Notes: generated from the sequence alone by a model not told the origin. A stretch of DNA of 64,000 nucleotides from an uncultured Bacteroidota bacterium (GCA_902509675.1 CABWYN010000003.1:3057-67056); one strand, 5' to 3'; numbered from the stretch's first letter, positions 41,151 to 52,671 are shown. Made by a program: numbers and translations.

Positions 41151-41223
41151 TGGCCTATGGTGTAACTGGTAACACGTCTGGTTTTGGTCCAGAAGAGTCT
41201 AGGTTCGAGCCCTAGTAGGCCAA
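41151..41223 (+). tRNA. tRNA-Gln (anticodon UUG)
   Basis: Hand-folded. Acceptor TGGCCTA/TAGGCCA, D stem GTGT/ACAC, anticodon stem TCTGG/CCAGA with loop TTTTGGT, T-arm CTAGG-TTCGAGC-CCTAG. 73 nt. Confidence 0.9.
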
Positions 41224-41259
41224 CAAACTGCAAATATAGATTCAATAAATATTTTGTTG

Positions 41260-41267
41260 TATATTTG
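41260..41267 (+). promoter_or_regulatory. Candidate -7 promoter element (TAtaTTTG) upstream of the rimP leader hairpin
   Basis: Exact TAnnTTTG match 61 nt upstream of the rimP ATG and 26 nt upstream of the hairpin. Confidence 0.35.
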
Positions 41268-41293
41268 CACCACTGATTAATATTAAAAAATTA

Positions 41294-41321
41294 AGAGGGG
41301 ACCTAAGAGTCCCCTCTTTTT
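41294..41321 (+). terminator. Strong intrinsic terminator / attenuator between tRNA-Gln and rimP
   Basis: AGAGGGGAC-CTAAGA-GTCCCCTCT followed by TTTTAT. A 9-bp GC-rich stem that ends 8 nt before the rimP ATG. Confidence 0.75.
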
Positions 41322-41328
41322 ATAAACT

Positions 41329-41790
41329 ATGTTAAAAGAAAAAATTGATTTATTATTAACCGATTGTTTTGATCAAAGAAGTGATTTGTTTTTAATAGAC
41401 TTTTCTCTCTCAGAAAATAATGAGATAAAAGTTGTAATTGACGGAGATAATGGTGTTAAGGTCGAAGATTGTATGTTTATTAGTAGGGCAATTGAGGGTA
41501 ATTTAGACAGAGACGAAGTAGATTTTTCACTGGAAGTAGCATCTTGTGGTGCAACTTCACCTTTACTGGTTGCCAGACAATTTTCTAAGCATTGTGGAAG
41601 AACATTGTCTGTGAAGACCGATGAAGAAACTTACGAAGGTAAATTAACACTAGCCAATGACGAGTCAATTAATCTTGTTTGGAAGGAGAGACAACCTAAA
41701 CCTGTTGGTAAAGGTAAAATTACAGTTGAAAGATCAATTGACATTGATTTTAAAAAAATTAAAGAAGCAAAAGTTAAAGTAAAATTTTAA
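41329..41790 (+). CDS. rimP: Ribosome maturation factor RimP
   Basis: 153 aa in the conserved position before nusA. The N-terminal ..DLFLIDF.. pattern is typical of RimP. Confidence 0.85.
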   Translation: MLKEKIDLLLTDCFDQRSDLFLIDFSLSENNEIKVVIDGDNGVKVEDCMFISRAIEGNLDRDEVDFSLEVASCGATSPLLVARQFSKHCGRTLSVKTDEETYEGKLTLANDESINLVWKERQPKPVGKGKITVERSIDIDFKKIKEAKVKVKF

Positions 41791-41793
41791 AAT

Positions 41794-43026
41794 ATGGATA
41801 ATCTAACGCTAATTGAATCATTTTCTGAGTTTAAAGATGATAAATTAATTGACAGAGTCACATTAATGGCAATTTTGGAGGAGGTCTTTAGATCTACTCT
41901 TAGAAGAAAATATGGTGATGATGAAAATTTTGATGTAATTATTAATCCTGACAAAGGAGATTTAGAAATTTGGAGAAATAGAATTGTTGTTGAGGATAAT
42001 AAAGTCGAAGATGATAATATAGAAATAGCCCTTTCAGAAGCTAGAGAAATTGAACCTGACTTCGAAGTTGGTGAAGATGTTTCTGAAGAAGTTAAGCTAG
42101 TAGATCTTGGAAGGAGATCAATTTTAGCATTAAGACAAAATTTAACCGCAAAATTACATGAACATGATAATACAAATGTTTACAAAAAATTTAAAGAGCT
42201 AGAAGGAGAAATTTATACTGCTGAGGTACATCATATTAGACACAAGGCAATTATTTTACTTGACGATGAGGGTAACGAAATCATTATGCCAAAGGACAAG
42301 CAAATTCCCTCAGACTTTTTTAGAAAGGGAGATAACATTAGAGGTGTAATCGAGAGTGTAGAATTAATCGGTACAAAACCAGCAATTATATTATCGAGAA
42401 CCTCTCCAATATTTTTAGAAAAATTATTTGAACAAGAAATTCCGGAGGTTTTTGACGGATTAATTTCGATTAAGAAAGTTGTTAGAATCCCAGGTGAAAA
42501 GGCGAAAGTTGCCGTTGACTCTTATGACGATAGAATTGATCCTGTGGGAGCATGTGTAGGAATGAAAGGTTCTAGAATTCATGGAATAGTTAGAGAGCTA
42601 GGAAATGAAAATATAGATGTTATTAACTACACTAATAATTTACAATTATTTATAACTAGAGCGCTTAACCCAGCTAGGGTAAATTCAATGAAAATTGATG
42701 AAGATAACAATAGGGTTGAGGTAATATTAAATCCTGAAGAGGTTAGTAAAGCTATTGGTCGAGGTGGACACAACATTAGACTAGCAGGTCAACTAACTGG
42801 TTATGAAATTGATGTTTTCAGAGAAGGTGCTGAAGAAGATGTAGAATTGACTGAGTTCTCCGATGAAATTGATTCTTGGATTATAGAGGAGCTTGCAAAA
42901 GCTGGTTTAGATACTGCAAAAAGTGTCCTCGAGCAAGACGCTACGGATTTAGTTAAGAGAACCGATTTAGAGGAAGAAACTATCAATGATGTTCTAAAAA
43001 TATTAAAAGAGGAGTTTGAAGATTAA
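41794..43026 (+). CDS. nusA: Transcription termination/antitermination factor NusA
   Basis: S1 and KH region ([25 protein letters not shown]; [17 protein letters not shown]). Confidence 0.95.
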   Translation: MDNLTLIESFSEFKDDKLIDRVTLMAILEEVFRSTLRRKYGDDENFDVIINPDKGDLEIWRNRIVVEDNKVEDDNIEIALSEAREIEPDFEVGEDVSEEVKLVDLGRRSILALRQNLTAKLHEHDNTNVYKKFKELEGEIYTAEVHHIRHKAIILLDDEGNEIIMPKDKQIPSDFFRKGDNIRGVIESVELIGTKPAIILSRTSPIFLEKLFEQEIPEVFDGLISIKKVVRIPGEKAKVAVDSYDDRIDPVGACVGMKGSRIHGIVRELGNENIDVINYTNNLQLFITRALNPARVNSMKIDEDNNRVEVILNPEEVSKAIGRGGHNIRLAGQLTGYEIDVFREGAEEDVELTEFSDEIDSWIIEELAKAGLDTAKSVLEQDATDLVKRTDLEEETINDVLKILKEEFED

Positions 43027-43040
43027 AAACTGACAATTAT

Positions 43041-45611
43041 ATGGCAGATACAATAAGATTAAATAAAGTACTAAGGGAATTAAATATTTCCATTGACAGA
43101 GTTGCAGAGTTTTTGGAGTCAAAAGGTCACACAATTGAAAAAAGACCAACAACCAAAATTTCTACAGATTTGTATAACTTATTGTGTGATGAGTTTCAAA
43201 TTGATGCCGATAAAAAAATTGCTTCGAAAGAAGCTGTTGAAGCAAAAAATAAGGAGAAAGAAGAGATTAGAGAAAAACAGGAAAAAGAACAAAAATCCCC
43301 TGTAGCTAGCGCAAGCGAGGTGATTAAAGCTTCCTCAAAGGTTGTTCAGTTCAAAAAAGTAGGAAAAATCGACCTTGAACCTAAGAAAGAAATTACGGTT
43401 GAAAAAACCATTCCTGTTAAAAAGGAAGATGCCCCCAAAATAGCTGAAAAGCCTGTCGAAGACCAAGAGAAAACTAATACTGACTCTTCCAAAAAAGATA
43501 ATTATAAAAAGTTGACTGGCCTGAAAGCTACAGGTGAAAAAATTGATCTTAACCAATTTAAAAAACCTGAAAGTGATTCGTCTTCAACAAAATCCAAAAA
43601 GAAAAGAAGAAGAATAGTATCTAATAAAGGAAGTGCACCACAAAACAACTCTGGAAATTCTAAATTTAAACCAAAAGCAAGACCAAGCAGAACTACCAAA
43701 GAAGAGCCTAGTGAAGAAGAGGTTCAAAGACAAATAAAGGAAACACTTGAGAAGCTTCAAGGCAAATCATCAAAGGGGAAAGCAGCTAAATACAGAAAAG
43801 ATAAAAGAGATCAACATAAGCAGAAAACGGAAGAAGAATTAGCAGCTCAAGAACAAGAAAGTAAAATACTAAAAGTTACAGAATTTGTAACCGCCAATGA
43901 AATTGCAACAATGATGGACGTTTCTACAACCGAAATTATTTCCGCGTGTATGACATTGGGGATGATGGTTACCCTGAATCAAAGATTAGATGCTGAAACT
44001 TTATCGATAGTAGCAGAAGAATTTGGATATAAGGTTGAGTTTGTAACTGCAGAAATTGAGGAAGAGAAAGAAGAAGTTGAAGATGCTCCTGAAGATATGC
44101 TGCAAAGACCTCCAATTGTTACTGTTATGGGACATGTCGATCACGGAAAAACTTCCCTTTTGGATTACATCAGAAAAGAAAATGTTATCGCTGGTGAATC
44201 TGGAGGTATAACTCAGCATATTGGTGCATACGGAGTTGAATTACAAGATGGTCAAAAAATAACTTTTCTAGATACACCAGGCCACGAGGCATTTACAGCG
44301 ATGAGAGCTAGAGGTGCACAGGTTACAGATCTCGTTATCATTGTTGTAGCAGCAGACGATGACATTATGCCACAAACCAAAGAGGCAATTTCTCACGCTC
44401 AGGCGGCATCAGTTCCAATTGTATTTGCGATTAATAAGATAGATAAACCAAATTCAAATCCAGACAAAATTAAGGAAGGCCTTTCTAAAATGAATTTATT
44501 AGTTGAAGATTGGGGCGGTAAGATTCAGTCTCACGATATATCTGCTTTAAAAGGTGATGGAGTTAATGAGCTTCTTGAAAAGGTTTTGTTAGAAGCTGAG
44601 CTTTTAGAGTTAAAAGCCAATCCAAATAAGGATGCTGTTGGTAGTGTGGTTGAAGCTTTCTTAGATAAGGGAAGAGGTTATGTTTCAACTATACTTGTAC
44701 AGGCTGGTACCCTAAAAGTTGGAGATTTCGTTTTAGCTGGTAAAACAAGTGGTAAGGTTAAGGCTATGCATGATGAGAGAGGAAACGAAATTAAAGAAGC
44801 TGGGCCATCAACCCCTATATCTATTTTAGGTTTAGATGGTGCTCCTCAGGCCGGAGATAAGTTTTCTGTATACTCTGATGAAAGAGAAGCAAAACAAATT
44901 GCAACGAAAAGAAATCAACTGCAGAGAGAACAGTCAGTTAGGACTCAAAAACACATTACTCTTGATGAAATTGGTAGAAGAATTGCTTTAGGAGAATTTA
45001 AAGAGCTTAATATTATTTTGAAAGGTGATGTTGACGGGTCTGTTGAAGCATTAACTGATTCTTTACAAAAACTTTCAACTGAAGAAATTCAGGTAAATAT
45101 TATTCATAAAGCGGTTGGTGCAATTACAGAAAGTGATGTTCTGTTAGCATCTGCTTCTGATGCGATTGTTGTTGGATTTAATGTTAGGCCGATGGGTAAT
45201 GCAAGACAAATTGCAGATAAAGAACAAATTGATATCAGGACTTACTCCATTATTTATGCAGCTATAAATGATGTAAAAGATGCAATGGAAGGAATGTTAT
45301 CGCCTGATTTTGAAGAAGAAATTACAGGTCTCTGCGAGGTAAGAGAAACATTTAAAATTTCAAAAATTGGAACGATTGCCGGTTGTATGGTTACTAAAGG
45401 TAAAATTGTTCGAAACTCAGAGATCAGACTAATAAGAGAAGGTGTTGTAATTTACACAGGCTCTCTTTCTTCGCTAAAAAGATTTAAGGATGATGCGAAA
45501 GAGGTTACAAAAGGTTATGATTGTGGGTTACAAATCAAAGACTACAAAGACATTAGAGTTGGAGATGAAGTTGAAGGATTTGTTAACGTTGCGGTGAAGA
45601 AGAAAATTTAA
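43041..45611 (+). CDS. infB: Translation initiation factor IF-2
   Basis: K/E-rich N-terminal region. G-domain motifs [20 protein letters not shown] and NKID. Confidence 0.95.
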   Translation: MADTIRLNKVLRELNISIDRVAEFLESKGHTIEKRPTTKISTDLYNLLCDEFQIDADKKIASKEAVEAKNKEKEEIREKQEKEQKSPVASASEVIKASSKVVQFKKVGKIDLEPKKEITVEKTIPVKKEDAPKIAEKPVEDQEKTNTDSSKKDNYKKLTGLKATGEKIDLNQFKKPESDSSSTKSKKKRRRIVSNKGSAPQNNSGNSKFKPKARPSRTTKEEPSEEEVQRQIKETLEKLQGKSSKGKAAKYRKDKRDQHKQKTEEELAAQEQESKILKVTEFVTANEIATMMDVSTTEIISACMTLGMMVTLNQRLDAETLSIVAEEFGYKVEFVTAEIEEEKEEVEDAPEDMLQRPPIVTVMGHVDHGKTSLLDYIRKENVIAGESGGITQHIGAYGVELQDGQKITFLDTPGHEAFTAMRARGAQVTDLVIIVVAADDDIMPQTKEAISHAQAASVPIVFAINKIDKPNSNPDKIKEGLSKMNLLVEDWGGKIQSHDISALKGDGVNELLEKVLLEAELLELKANPNKDAVGSVVEAFLDKGRGYVSTILVQAGTLKVGDFVLAGKTSGKVKAMHDERGNEIKEAGPSTPISILGLDGAPQAGDKFSVYSDEREAKQIATKRNQLQREQSVRTQKHITLDEIGRRIALGEFKELNIILKGDVDGSVEALTDSLQKLSTEEIQVNIIHKAVGAITESDVLLASASDAIVVGFNVRPMGNARQIADKEQIDIRTYSIIYAAINDVKDAMEGMLSPDFEEEITGLCEVRETFKISKIGTIAGCMVTKGKIVRNSEIRLIREGVVIYTGSLSSLKRFKDDAKEVTKGYDCGLQIKDYKDIRVGDEVEGFVNVAVKKKI

Positions 45612-46021
45612 TTATTAATTTCTTCCTCATTCTCTTCTTCAATTTCTAACTCGTAATATTCAGGTCTAAAGATAAAAGCACTTTTGTATTTTTTTCGAAT
45701 TTTTAAAAGATATTTATCAGCTTCAATCTGTGTGAAAAAATTTCCAACCCAAACTTTATAATTGGGTGTTTCGTAAATCATTTTTGCAGACGTATCATTA
45801 AAGGTTTCAATATATTCAGCCTTGATTGTTTCAGCCTGATTTCTATCGCCATTATAAATCTGTATTTTTAAATTTTGAATCTTTTTATTGAGTTCTTTTT
45901 TTATTTGAATTATTTTTTCAAGTTTTTCACTCTTGTTAATTTTGATTTCACCAATTTGAGAAAATCCATAGCTAAATGTCAAGATCATTATGAGTATTAA
46001 GATGTTATTTTTTTTTATCAA
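45608..46021 (-). CDS. SPOR-like domain protein with a signal peptide and an acidic C-terminal tail
   Basis: [22 protein letters not shown] leader (TTG start; an alternative ATG lies at 45988). ..[25 protein letters not shown].. resembles a SPOR fold. Overlaps the infB stop by 4 nt. Confidence 0.5.
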   Translation of the reverse strand: MIKKNNILILIMILTFSYGFSQIGEIKINKSEKLEKIIQIKKELNKKIQNLKIQIYNGDRNQAETIKAEYIETFNDTSAKMIYETPNYKVWVGNFFTQIEADKYLLKIRKKYKSAFIFRPEYYELEIEEENEEEINN

Positions 46022-46153
46022 AATTTGAAATTTTTATCGCCTTAAAATTATACTAATTGATATAAATTATTTTTTTTTATTTAGAATGAATATAAATTAG
46101 TATTTTACGTTTAATATTAGCGAATTTATGAATAAAAAAAACATTTTAGATGT

Positions 46154-46161
46154 TATTTTTG
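46154..46161 (+). promoter_or_regulatory. Candidate -7 promoter element (TAttTTTG) for the act-cta cluster
   Basis: Exact TAnnTTTG match 28 nt upstream of the actA ATG. A second copy at 46181..46188 is too close to the ATG. Confidence 0.35.
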
Positions 46162-46189
46162 TGCTTGATTTTTAACGGGCTATTTTTGA

Positions 46190-47521
46190 ATGGATTCAAA
46201 AAAACTTAGAAGACAATTTTCAATACCAAAGTCTAACCGACCCACTACCCAAAACTATAAAATATTTGGACTGTTCTTCCTCGCGCTATTTTTTGCTTCA
46301 ACTATAACTTTTTTTGCTCAGGACGGTGACCCAGTTGCTGGTAAATCTTTATTCAATACGAATTGTGCTTCATGTCATAAGTTAGACAGAAAAATGACGG
46401 GACCTGCCCTAAGAAATGTTGAAGCCAGATTATTGGAAGACGAAGGATTAGACCGACAATGGTTATACACTTGGATCAGAAATAGTTCAGCATTAATTAA
46501 GTCTGGTGATGCTTATGCCAACAAAATTTATGAAGAGTATAACAAGTCTGCAATGACTGCATATCCGCAGCTTACAGACACAGACATAGATAATATTTTA
46601 GCCTATACAGCTCAGGAAAAAGTAGTGCCTGTAGTCCCTGTGGCAGCTACACAAGTGGCTACAGGATCATCAAATGATCTCGGGCTTTCTGATCAGATTA
46701 TTTTAGGTGTATTTACTATTTTATTTCTCTTACTTAGCATCGGACTAGTACTCGTTACCAAGACCTTAAAAAATCTTGCAAGTTTAAAAGGGGTTAAATT
46801 TGAAGAAAAGAAAAAAGGTAAGCCGATTTGGAAGGCTTATTTAGAAAATCAATTCTTATTGTTATGTACAGCAGTTTTATTTTTACTTTCGAGTGCATAT
46901 GGAGCTTATGGTTACTTTATGCAAGTTGGTGTAAATCAAGGATATATGCCTGTTCAGCCAATTCATTATTCTCATAAAATCCACTCTGGAGATAATAAAA
47001 TTGATTGTAATTATTGTCATTCATCTGCTAGAGTTAGTAAACATTCAGGAATACCATCTTTGAATATTTGTATGAATTGTCACAAAAGTATTTATGAGTA
47101 TAACGGTGAAACAACCGAGGAATATTCAAAAGAGTTTTATGACGGAGAAATAAAAAAATTATACAAAGCTGTTGGTTGGGACGATGAAGCTCAAGAATAC
47201 ACGGGAGAAACATATCCTGTTAAGTGGGTCAGAATACATAATCTACCAGACTTTGCGTATTTTAATCACTCACAACACGTTTCGGTTGCTGGTATCGAGT
47301 GTCAAACTTGTCATGGCCCCGTTGAAGAAATGGAAATTATGTATCAGCATTCGCCTTTAACAATGGGCTGGTGTATAAATTGCCACAGAGAAACAAATGT
47401 AAAGATCAAAGACAATGAATATTATGACAGAATCCATAAAGAATTATCAAAGAAATATGGGGTTGAAGAATTAACTGCTGCTCAAATGGGCGGTTTAGAA
47501 TGCGGAAAATGTCATTATTAA
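46190..47521 (+). CDS. actA: Alternative complex III subunit ActA, multihaem cytochrome c with six CxxCH motifs
   Basis: CASCH in the N-terminal domain, then two TM helices, then CNYCH, CMNCH, CQTCH, CINCH and CGKCH. Confidence 0.85.
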   Translation: MDSKKLRRQFSIPKSNRPTTQNYKIFGLFFLALFFASTITFFAQDGDPVAGKSLFNTNCASCHKLDRKMTGPALRNVEARLLEDEGLDRQWLYTWIRNSSALIKSGDAYANKIYEEYNKSAMTAYPQLTDTDIDNILAYTAQEKVVPVVPVAATQVATGSSNDLGLSDQIILGVFTILFLLLSIGLVLVTKTLKNLASLKGVKFEEKKKGKPIWKAYLENQFLLLCTAVLFLLSSAYGAYGYFMQVGVNQGYMPVQPIHYSHKIHSGDNKIDCNYCHSSARVSKHSGIPSLNICMNCHKSIYEYNGETTEEYSKEFYDGEIKKLYKAVGWDDEAQEYTGETYPVKWVRIHNLPDFAYFNHSQHVSVAGIECQTCHGPVEEMEIMYQHSPLTMGWCINCHRETNVKIKDNEYYDRIHKELSKKYGVEELTAAQMGGLECGKCHY

Positions 47522-47539
47522 TATAGATTAAATTTAGAT

Positions 47540-50500
47540 ATGTCTAACAACAAAAAATACTGGAAAAATTTAGCAGAATTAAATTCTGATAATAATGAGG
47601 TATTTGATAAACTACAAAATAAAGAGTTTGTTGAAGAACTTCCGGTAGATGAGTTTTTGTCTGATAAAGATAATCTTGCTGACAGTTCAACCACGAGACG
47701 AGACTTTCTAAAATATATTGGATTTAGTACTGCAGCGGCAACATTAGCTGCCTGCGAAGGACCTGTGGTAAAGTCTATACCTTACGTTGTTCAGCCTAAA
47801 GAAATTATTCCTGGTGTTGCCAACTTTTATGCGACAACTATTGGGAACGGTTATGACTTCGCCAATATCCTGATAAAAAACAGAGAAGGAAGACCAATCA
47901 AAGTAGAGAAAAATAAATTAGCTCCAGATTCAATGGCCGCTAATGCTAGAGTTCATGCATCAATTTTAGATCTTTATGATAATGCAAGACTTGCTCAACC
48001 AACTAAGGACAATATGCCAATTTCGTGGTTTGGATTCGAGTATGAAACCAAATCAAAATTGGAAGAAATCTCAAAGTCTTCAAAAGAAATTGTATTATTA
48101 ACTCAAACCTTAGCTAGCCCCTCATCGTTAAAACTAATTAATGATTTTAAGTCGAAGTATAATAATGTAAGACATGTAGTTTTTGATGCGATTTCTGAAT
48201 CCAAAGCACTTGATGCTTTTGAATCTAGATACGGAGTTCGAGGTTTGGCAAATTATGACTTTTCAGAATCTGAACTAATAGTTTCTATCGCTGCAGACTT
48301 TTTAGGTGATTGGCAGGGTGGAGGTTTTGATTGTTCCTACGCAAAGGGAAGAATTCCCAAGAACGGAAAAATGTCAAGACATATTCAGTTTGAGTCCAAT
48401 ATGACCCTTTCAGGGGCAAACGCAGATTTAAGAGTACCTCTTAAAATTGAAGAACAAAAGCTGGTATTATTAGAATTACACAAAGTTTTTTTAGGTTCAA
48501 AAAAACTTAGTATAAAGTCAGACTTAAAACTTTCAGATAAGATTTCAAATATAGTTAATCAAACTATTAAAGAGATAAAATCAGCAAAAGATGGCGCAGT
48601 AATTATCACAGGAATAAAAGATGAGATGTATCAATCTCTTGTTCTTGAGATAAACGAAAAAATCAACAGTAAATCATATTTACCTCAAAAATCAATATTC
48701 AAGAGAAACGGTAAAGATGAAGATGTTAATGATCTGATAAAAAGAATGTCTGATGGTCAGGTGGGTGCATTAATTATGTCTGGGGTTAACCCTTTATATA
48801 CGCTTTCCAGTTCACAAGAATTTCTTGACGGTTTACAAAAGGTGGATATGTCAATATGTTTTTCAACAAAGAGTGATGAAACTGCTTCAAAAACTAATTA
48901 TGTTGCCGCATCAAATCATTATTTAGAATCCTGGGGCGATTTCGAGTTGACATATAAAGACTATTCTTTAACCCAACCTGTCATAAAAACATTATTTGAC
49001 ACTAAACAATTCGAAGAGTTGTTATTAAAATGGACAGATAATAAATCATCTTTGCATGATTATATAAAAACCAATTGGATAGAAAACATATTAAAGACCT
49101 CTTCTTGGAAAAAAGCATTACATGATGGAGTTTTTGAAATGAAATCTAACAAGATTTCCAAAAGCAGATTTATTTCAAAAGCAGATCCTTTTAATCATTA
49201 TGCCAAGGTTTTTAAAATTGAGGTTCAGGATTCAAAAAAATTCGAATTAAATCTATATCCAAAAACCGGAATGGGTGACGGGCAGCATGCAAATAATCCT
49301 TGGCTTCAAGAGTTCCCTGATCCCCTAACAAGAGCAACTTGGGACAATTATTTAACCATTTCTGAGCATGACGCGAAAGAACTTGGTTTATTATTAGAAC
49401 CAAGTACTTTTTTCAATCAGTCAAGAAATGATGCTAACGGAGGGCTAAACGGAAAATATGCTATTGTTAAAATAGGAGAAAAAACAATCAAAGCACCGGC
49501 TATTATTCAGCCTGGACAGGCTAGAGGTACTGTTGGTTTAGCATTTGGTTACGGAAGAACTAAAGGTGTTAAAAATGAAATGATGACCGGGGTTAACGCC
49601 TATAATCTATATTTGGATTTTAATCCTGTTCAACAAGTTGAAATAATATCAACTGAAGAAATTCATGAATTTGCATGTATTCAGCTTCAAAACACTTTGA
49701 TGGGTAGAGGAGATATAATTAAAGAAACTAGTTTAGAAGTATTTAATACAGAAAGTGCTGAAATATGGAATAACCAAGTTATGGTTTCATTGAATCATAT
49801 TGAAACGCCTGTCTCTTCACCAGATGTTGATTTGTGGCAAGAGTTTGACAGGTCAATTGGCCACCATTTTAATCTTTCTATTGATTTAAATGCTTGTACA
49901 GGATGTGGTGCATGTGTCATCGCTTGTCATGCCGAAAATAATGTACCAGTTGTAGGAAAGACTGAAATTAGAAAAAGTCGAGATATGCATTGGCTAAGAA
50001 TTGATAGGTACTATTCATCTGAGGATTCGTTCTATGGTGATGATCTAAAGAAAGATAATATAAGTGGGCTAGGTAGTTCTTTATCTTCTTTTGGTGAATT
50101 AGAAAATCCATCAGAAAATCCGCAGGTCGCCTTTCAACCCATTATGTGTCAGCATTGCAATCACGCACCTTGTGAAACCGTATGTCCAGTTGCTGCTACA
50201 AGTCACGGTAGACAGGGTCAGAATCATATGGCATATAACAGATGTGTAGGAACAAGATATTGTGCTAATAATTGCCCTTATAAAGTTAGAAGATTTAATT
50301 GGTTCTTGTATAACGGAAATGACGAATTTGATTACCACATGAATAATGACTTAGGCAGAATGGTAATTAATCCTGATGTTACTGTTCGATCAAGAGGAGT
50401 TATGGAAAAATGCTCATTTTGTATTCAAAATACTCAAGCAGTGATATTAAAGGCTAAGCTTGAAGGAAGACCTGTAGCAAAAGGAGAGTTTAACGATACC

Positions 50501-50680
50501 TGTGCTTGCGCTTCAGCTTGTTCAAGTGGAGCAATGAGGTTTGGAGATATAAATGAAGAAGGTAGTGAAATTGCAAGATTAAAAGATAATGAAAGAGCTT
50601 ATCATTTGCTTGATGCAGTTGGTACAAAACCAAATGTTGTCTATCAGGTAAAAGTGAGAAATACTAAAAATAAAGTATAG
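47540..50680 (+). CDS. actB: Alternative complex III subunit ActB (molybdopterin-oxidoreductase-like domain fused to a 4-cluster Fe-S domain)
   Basis: Tat motif TRRDFLKYIGFSTAAATLAAC. Cys clusters CTGCGACVIAC, CQHCNHAPC..CP, CVGTRYCANNCP and CSFC. 1046 aa. Confidence 0.9.
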   Translation: MSNNKKYWKNLAELNSDNNEVFDKLQNKEFVEELPVDEFLSDKDNLADSSTTRRDFLKYIGFSTAAATLAACEGPVVKSIPYVVQPKEIIPGVANFYATTIGNGYDFANILIKNREGRPIKVEKNKLAPDSMAANARVHASILDLYDNARLAQPTKDNMPISWFGFEYETKSKLEEISKSSKEIVLLTQTLASPSSLKLINDFKSKYNNVRHVVFDAISESKALDAFESRYGVRGLANYDFSESELIVSIAADFLGDWQGGGFDCSYAKGRIPKNGKMSRHIQFESNMTLSGANADLRVPLKIEEQKLVLLELHKVFLGSKKLSIKSDLKLSDKISNIVNQTIKEIKSAKDGAVIITGIKDEMYQSLVLEINEKINSKSYLPQKSIFKRNGKDEDVNDLIKRMSDGQVGALIMSGVNPLYTLSSSQEFLDGLQKVDMSICFSTKSDETASKTNYVAASNHYLESWGDFELTYKDYSLTQPVIKTLFDTKQFEELLLKWTDNKSSLHDYIKTNWIENILKTSSWKKALHDGVFEMKSNKISKSRFISKADPFNHYAKVFKIEVQDSKKFELNLYPKTGMGDGQHANNPWLQEFPDPLTRATWDNYLTISEHDAKELGLLLEPSTFFNQSRNDANGGLNGKYAIVKIGEKTIKAPAIIQPGQARGTVGLAFGYGRTKGVKNEMMTGVNAYNLYLDFNPVQQVEIISTEEIHEFACIQLQNTLMGRGDIIKETSLEVFNTESAEIWNNQVMVSLNHIETPVSSPDVDLWQEFDRSIGHHFNLSIDLNACTGCGACVIACHAENNVPVVGKTEIRKSRDMHWLRIDRYYSSEDSFYGDDLKKDNISGLGSSLSSFGELENPSENPQVAFQPIMCQHCNHAPCETVCPVAATSHGRQGQNHMAYNRCVGTRYCANNCPYKVRRFNWFLYNGNDEFDYHMNNDLGRMVINPDVTVRSRGVMEKCSFCIQNTQAVILKAKLEGRPVAKGEFNDTCACASACSSGAMRFGDINEEGSEIARLKDNERAYHLLDAVGTKPNVVYQVKVRNTKNKV

Positions 50681-50689
50681 ATATTAATT

Positions 50690-52135
50690 ATGGGATCCCA
50701 TTACGAAGCACCAATTAGAAGACCTTTAGTCGCTGGAGAAAAATCCTACCACGATGTAACGGTTGATATTGCAAAGCCTATCGAAACCCGAGCAAATAAG
50801 CAATGGTGGATTGTTTTTTCTATATCCTTGACCATGTTTTTGTGGGGCCTTGGTTGTATTATTTATACAGTTTCAACGGGTATAGGAGTATGGGGATTAA
50901 ATAAAACTGTAGGATGGGCCTGGGATATTACAAACTTTGTCTGGTGGGTAGGAATTGGCCACGCAGGTACTTTAATTTCTGCCGTTCTGTTACTATTTAG
51001 GCAAAAATGGAGAATGGCGATTAATAGATCTGCTGAGGCAATGACAATATTTTCGGTTATTCAAGCTGGATTATTTCCCATTATTCACATGGGTAGACCA
51101 TGGCTAGCATACTGGATGCTGCCTATCCCAAACGGTTTTGGTTCTCTTTGGGTTAACTTTAATTCACCACTTTTATGGGATGTATTTGCAATATCCACAT
51201 ATTTGTCAGTTTCACTAGTTTTTTGGTGGACTGGGTTACTACCTGATTTTGCCATGATAAGAGATAGAGCTGTAAAGCCTTTTCAAAAAAGAATTTATAG
51301 TATTCTTAGTTTTGGTTGGTCAGGACGCGCAAAAGATTGGCAGAGATTTGAAGAGGTGTCGTTAGTTCTTGCAGGGCTTGCTACTCCTTTAGTATTATCT
51401 GTACATACAATTGTATCATTTGATTTTGCCACATCGGTTATTCCAGGATGGCATACTACAATATTTCCTCCTTACTTTGTTGCAGGAGCAATTTTTTCTG
51501 GTTTTGCAATGGTAAATACCTTGCTAATAATAATGAGAAAAGTTTGTGATTTAGAAGAGTATATAACACTCCAACATATCGAATTAATGAATATCGTTAT
51601 AATGATTACTGGCTCAATAGTCGGTGTTGCCTACATTACAGAATTATTTATTGCTTGGTATTCAGGGGTTGAATACGAACAGTATGCTTTTTTAAATAGA
51701 GCTACTGGACCCTATGCATGGGCTTATTGGGCAATGATGAGCTGTAATGTTTTTTCTCCTCAGTTTATGTGGTTTAAAAAATTAAGAACAAGTATTATGT
51801 TTTCATTTTTTATATCAATCGTTGTTAATATTGGAATGTGGTTTGAAAGGTTTGTTATTATTGTAACATCTTTACATAGAGATTATTTACCTTCATCATG
51901 GACTATGTTTTCTCCTACATTTATTGATATAAGTATTTTTATCGGGACAATTGGATTTTTCTTTGTCCTATTCTTATTATATGCCAGAACTTTTCCTGTA
52001 ATTGCACAGGCTGAAGTAAAAACAATTCTCAAAAGTTCTGGAGAAAAGTATAAGAAGCTTAGAGACAGTGGCAAATCCTTGGTAGGTACTGGTGCTGATG
52101 CAAGGACGTCAAAAATTAAAAAAATTAAGAAGTAA
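50690..52135 (+). CDS. actC: Alternative complex III subunit ActC (NrfD/PsrC-like quinol-interacting membrane subunit)
   Basis: 481 aa, ~10 TM, in the position after actB. Confidence 0.85.
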   Translation: MGSHYEAPIRRPLVAGEKSYHDVTVDIAKPIETRANKQWWIVFSISLTMFLWGLGCIIYTVSTGIGVWGLNKTVGWAWDITNFVWWVGIGHAGTLISAVLLLFRQKWRMAINRSAEAMTIFSVIQAGLFPIIHMGRPWLAYWMLPIPNGFGSLWVNFNSPLLWDVFAISTYLSVSLVFWWTGLLPDFAMIRDRAVKPFQKRIYSILSFGWSGRAKDWQRFEEVSLVLAGLATPLVLSVHTIVSFDFATSVIPGWHTTIFPPYFVAGAIFSGFAMVNTLLIIMRKVCDLEEYITLQHIELMNIVIMITGSIVGVAYITELFIAWYSGVEYEQYAFLNRATGPYAWAYWAMMSCNVFSPQFMWFKKLRTSIMFSFFISIVVNIGMWFERFVIIVTSLHRDYLPSSWTMFSPTFIDISIFIGTIGFFFVLFLLYARTFPVIAQAEVKTILKSSGEKYKKLRDSGKSLVGTGADARTSKIKKIKK

Positions 52136-52136
52136 T

Positions 52137-52670
52137 ATGGGATCAATAAAAACATTTCATGCTTTATACAACGATGATGATGTATTGCTTTCTGCTGTAA
52201 AGAAGATAAAGGAAAAGCATTATGATATTGAGGAGATTTATACTCCATTTCCTGTTCACGGATTAGATAAGGTTATGGGACTAGAACCTACTAGAATAGC
52301 TATTGCCGCCTTTATTTATGGATGTATCGGTATAACGGTTGCCACATTGATGATGAACTATATCATGATTGTTGACTGGCCTCAAAATATTGGAGGAAAA
52401 CCTAGTTTTAGTTATTTAGAGAATATGCCTGCTTTTGTTCCAATTATGTTTGAAATGACTGTTTTTCATGCTGCCCATCTTATGGTTATAACATTTTATT
52501 TGAGAAGTAGAATGTGGCCTTTAAAAGAAGCAGAAAACCCAGACCCAAGAACCACAGATGACCATTTCTTAATTGAGATAATCACTGATAAACCTGTCGC
52601 GGCACTTAAGAAGCTTTTAAAGGATTCTGGAGCTGTGGAGATTAACGAAGTAAAAAGTAAAGATCATTAG
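52137..52670 (+). CDS. actD: Alternative complex III subunit ActD (DUF3341)
   Basis: The ATG at 52137 (MGSIKTFHALY..) lies 1 nt after the actC stop. The track start at 52092 is inside actC. Confidence 0.8.
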   Translation: MGSIKTFHALYNDDDVLLSAVKKIKEKHYDIEEIYTPFPVHGLDKVMGLEPTRIAIAAFIYGCIGITVATLMMNYIMIVDWPQNIGGKPSFSYLENMPAFVPIMFEMTVFHAAHLMVITFYLRSRMWPLKEAENPDPRTTDDHFLIEIITDKPVAALKKLLKDSGAVEINEVKSKDH

Positions 52671-52671
52671 G

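Noticed and set aside
51883-52248. 121-aa minus-strand ORF spanning the actC/actD junction. Similar shadows are 45..479, 56104..56478, 40576..40905, 40811..40993 and 60435..62385.
   Set aside because: All of them lie inside or antisense to strongly supported genes and have no independent support.
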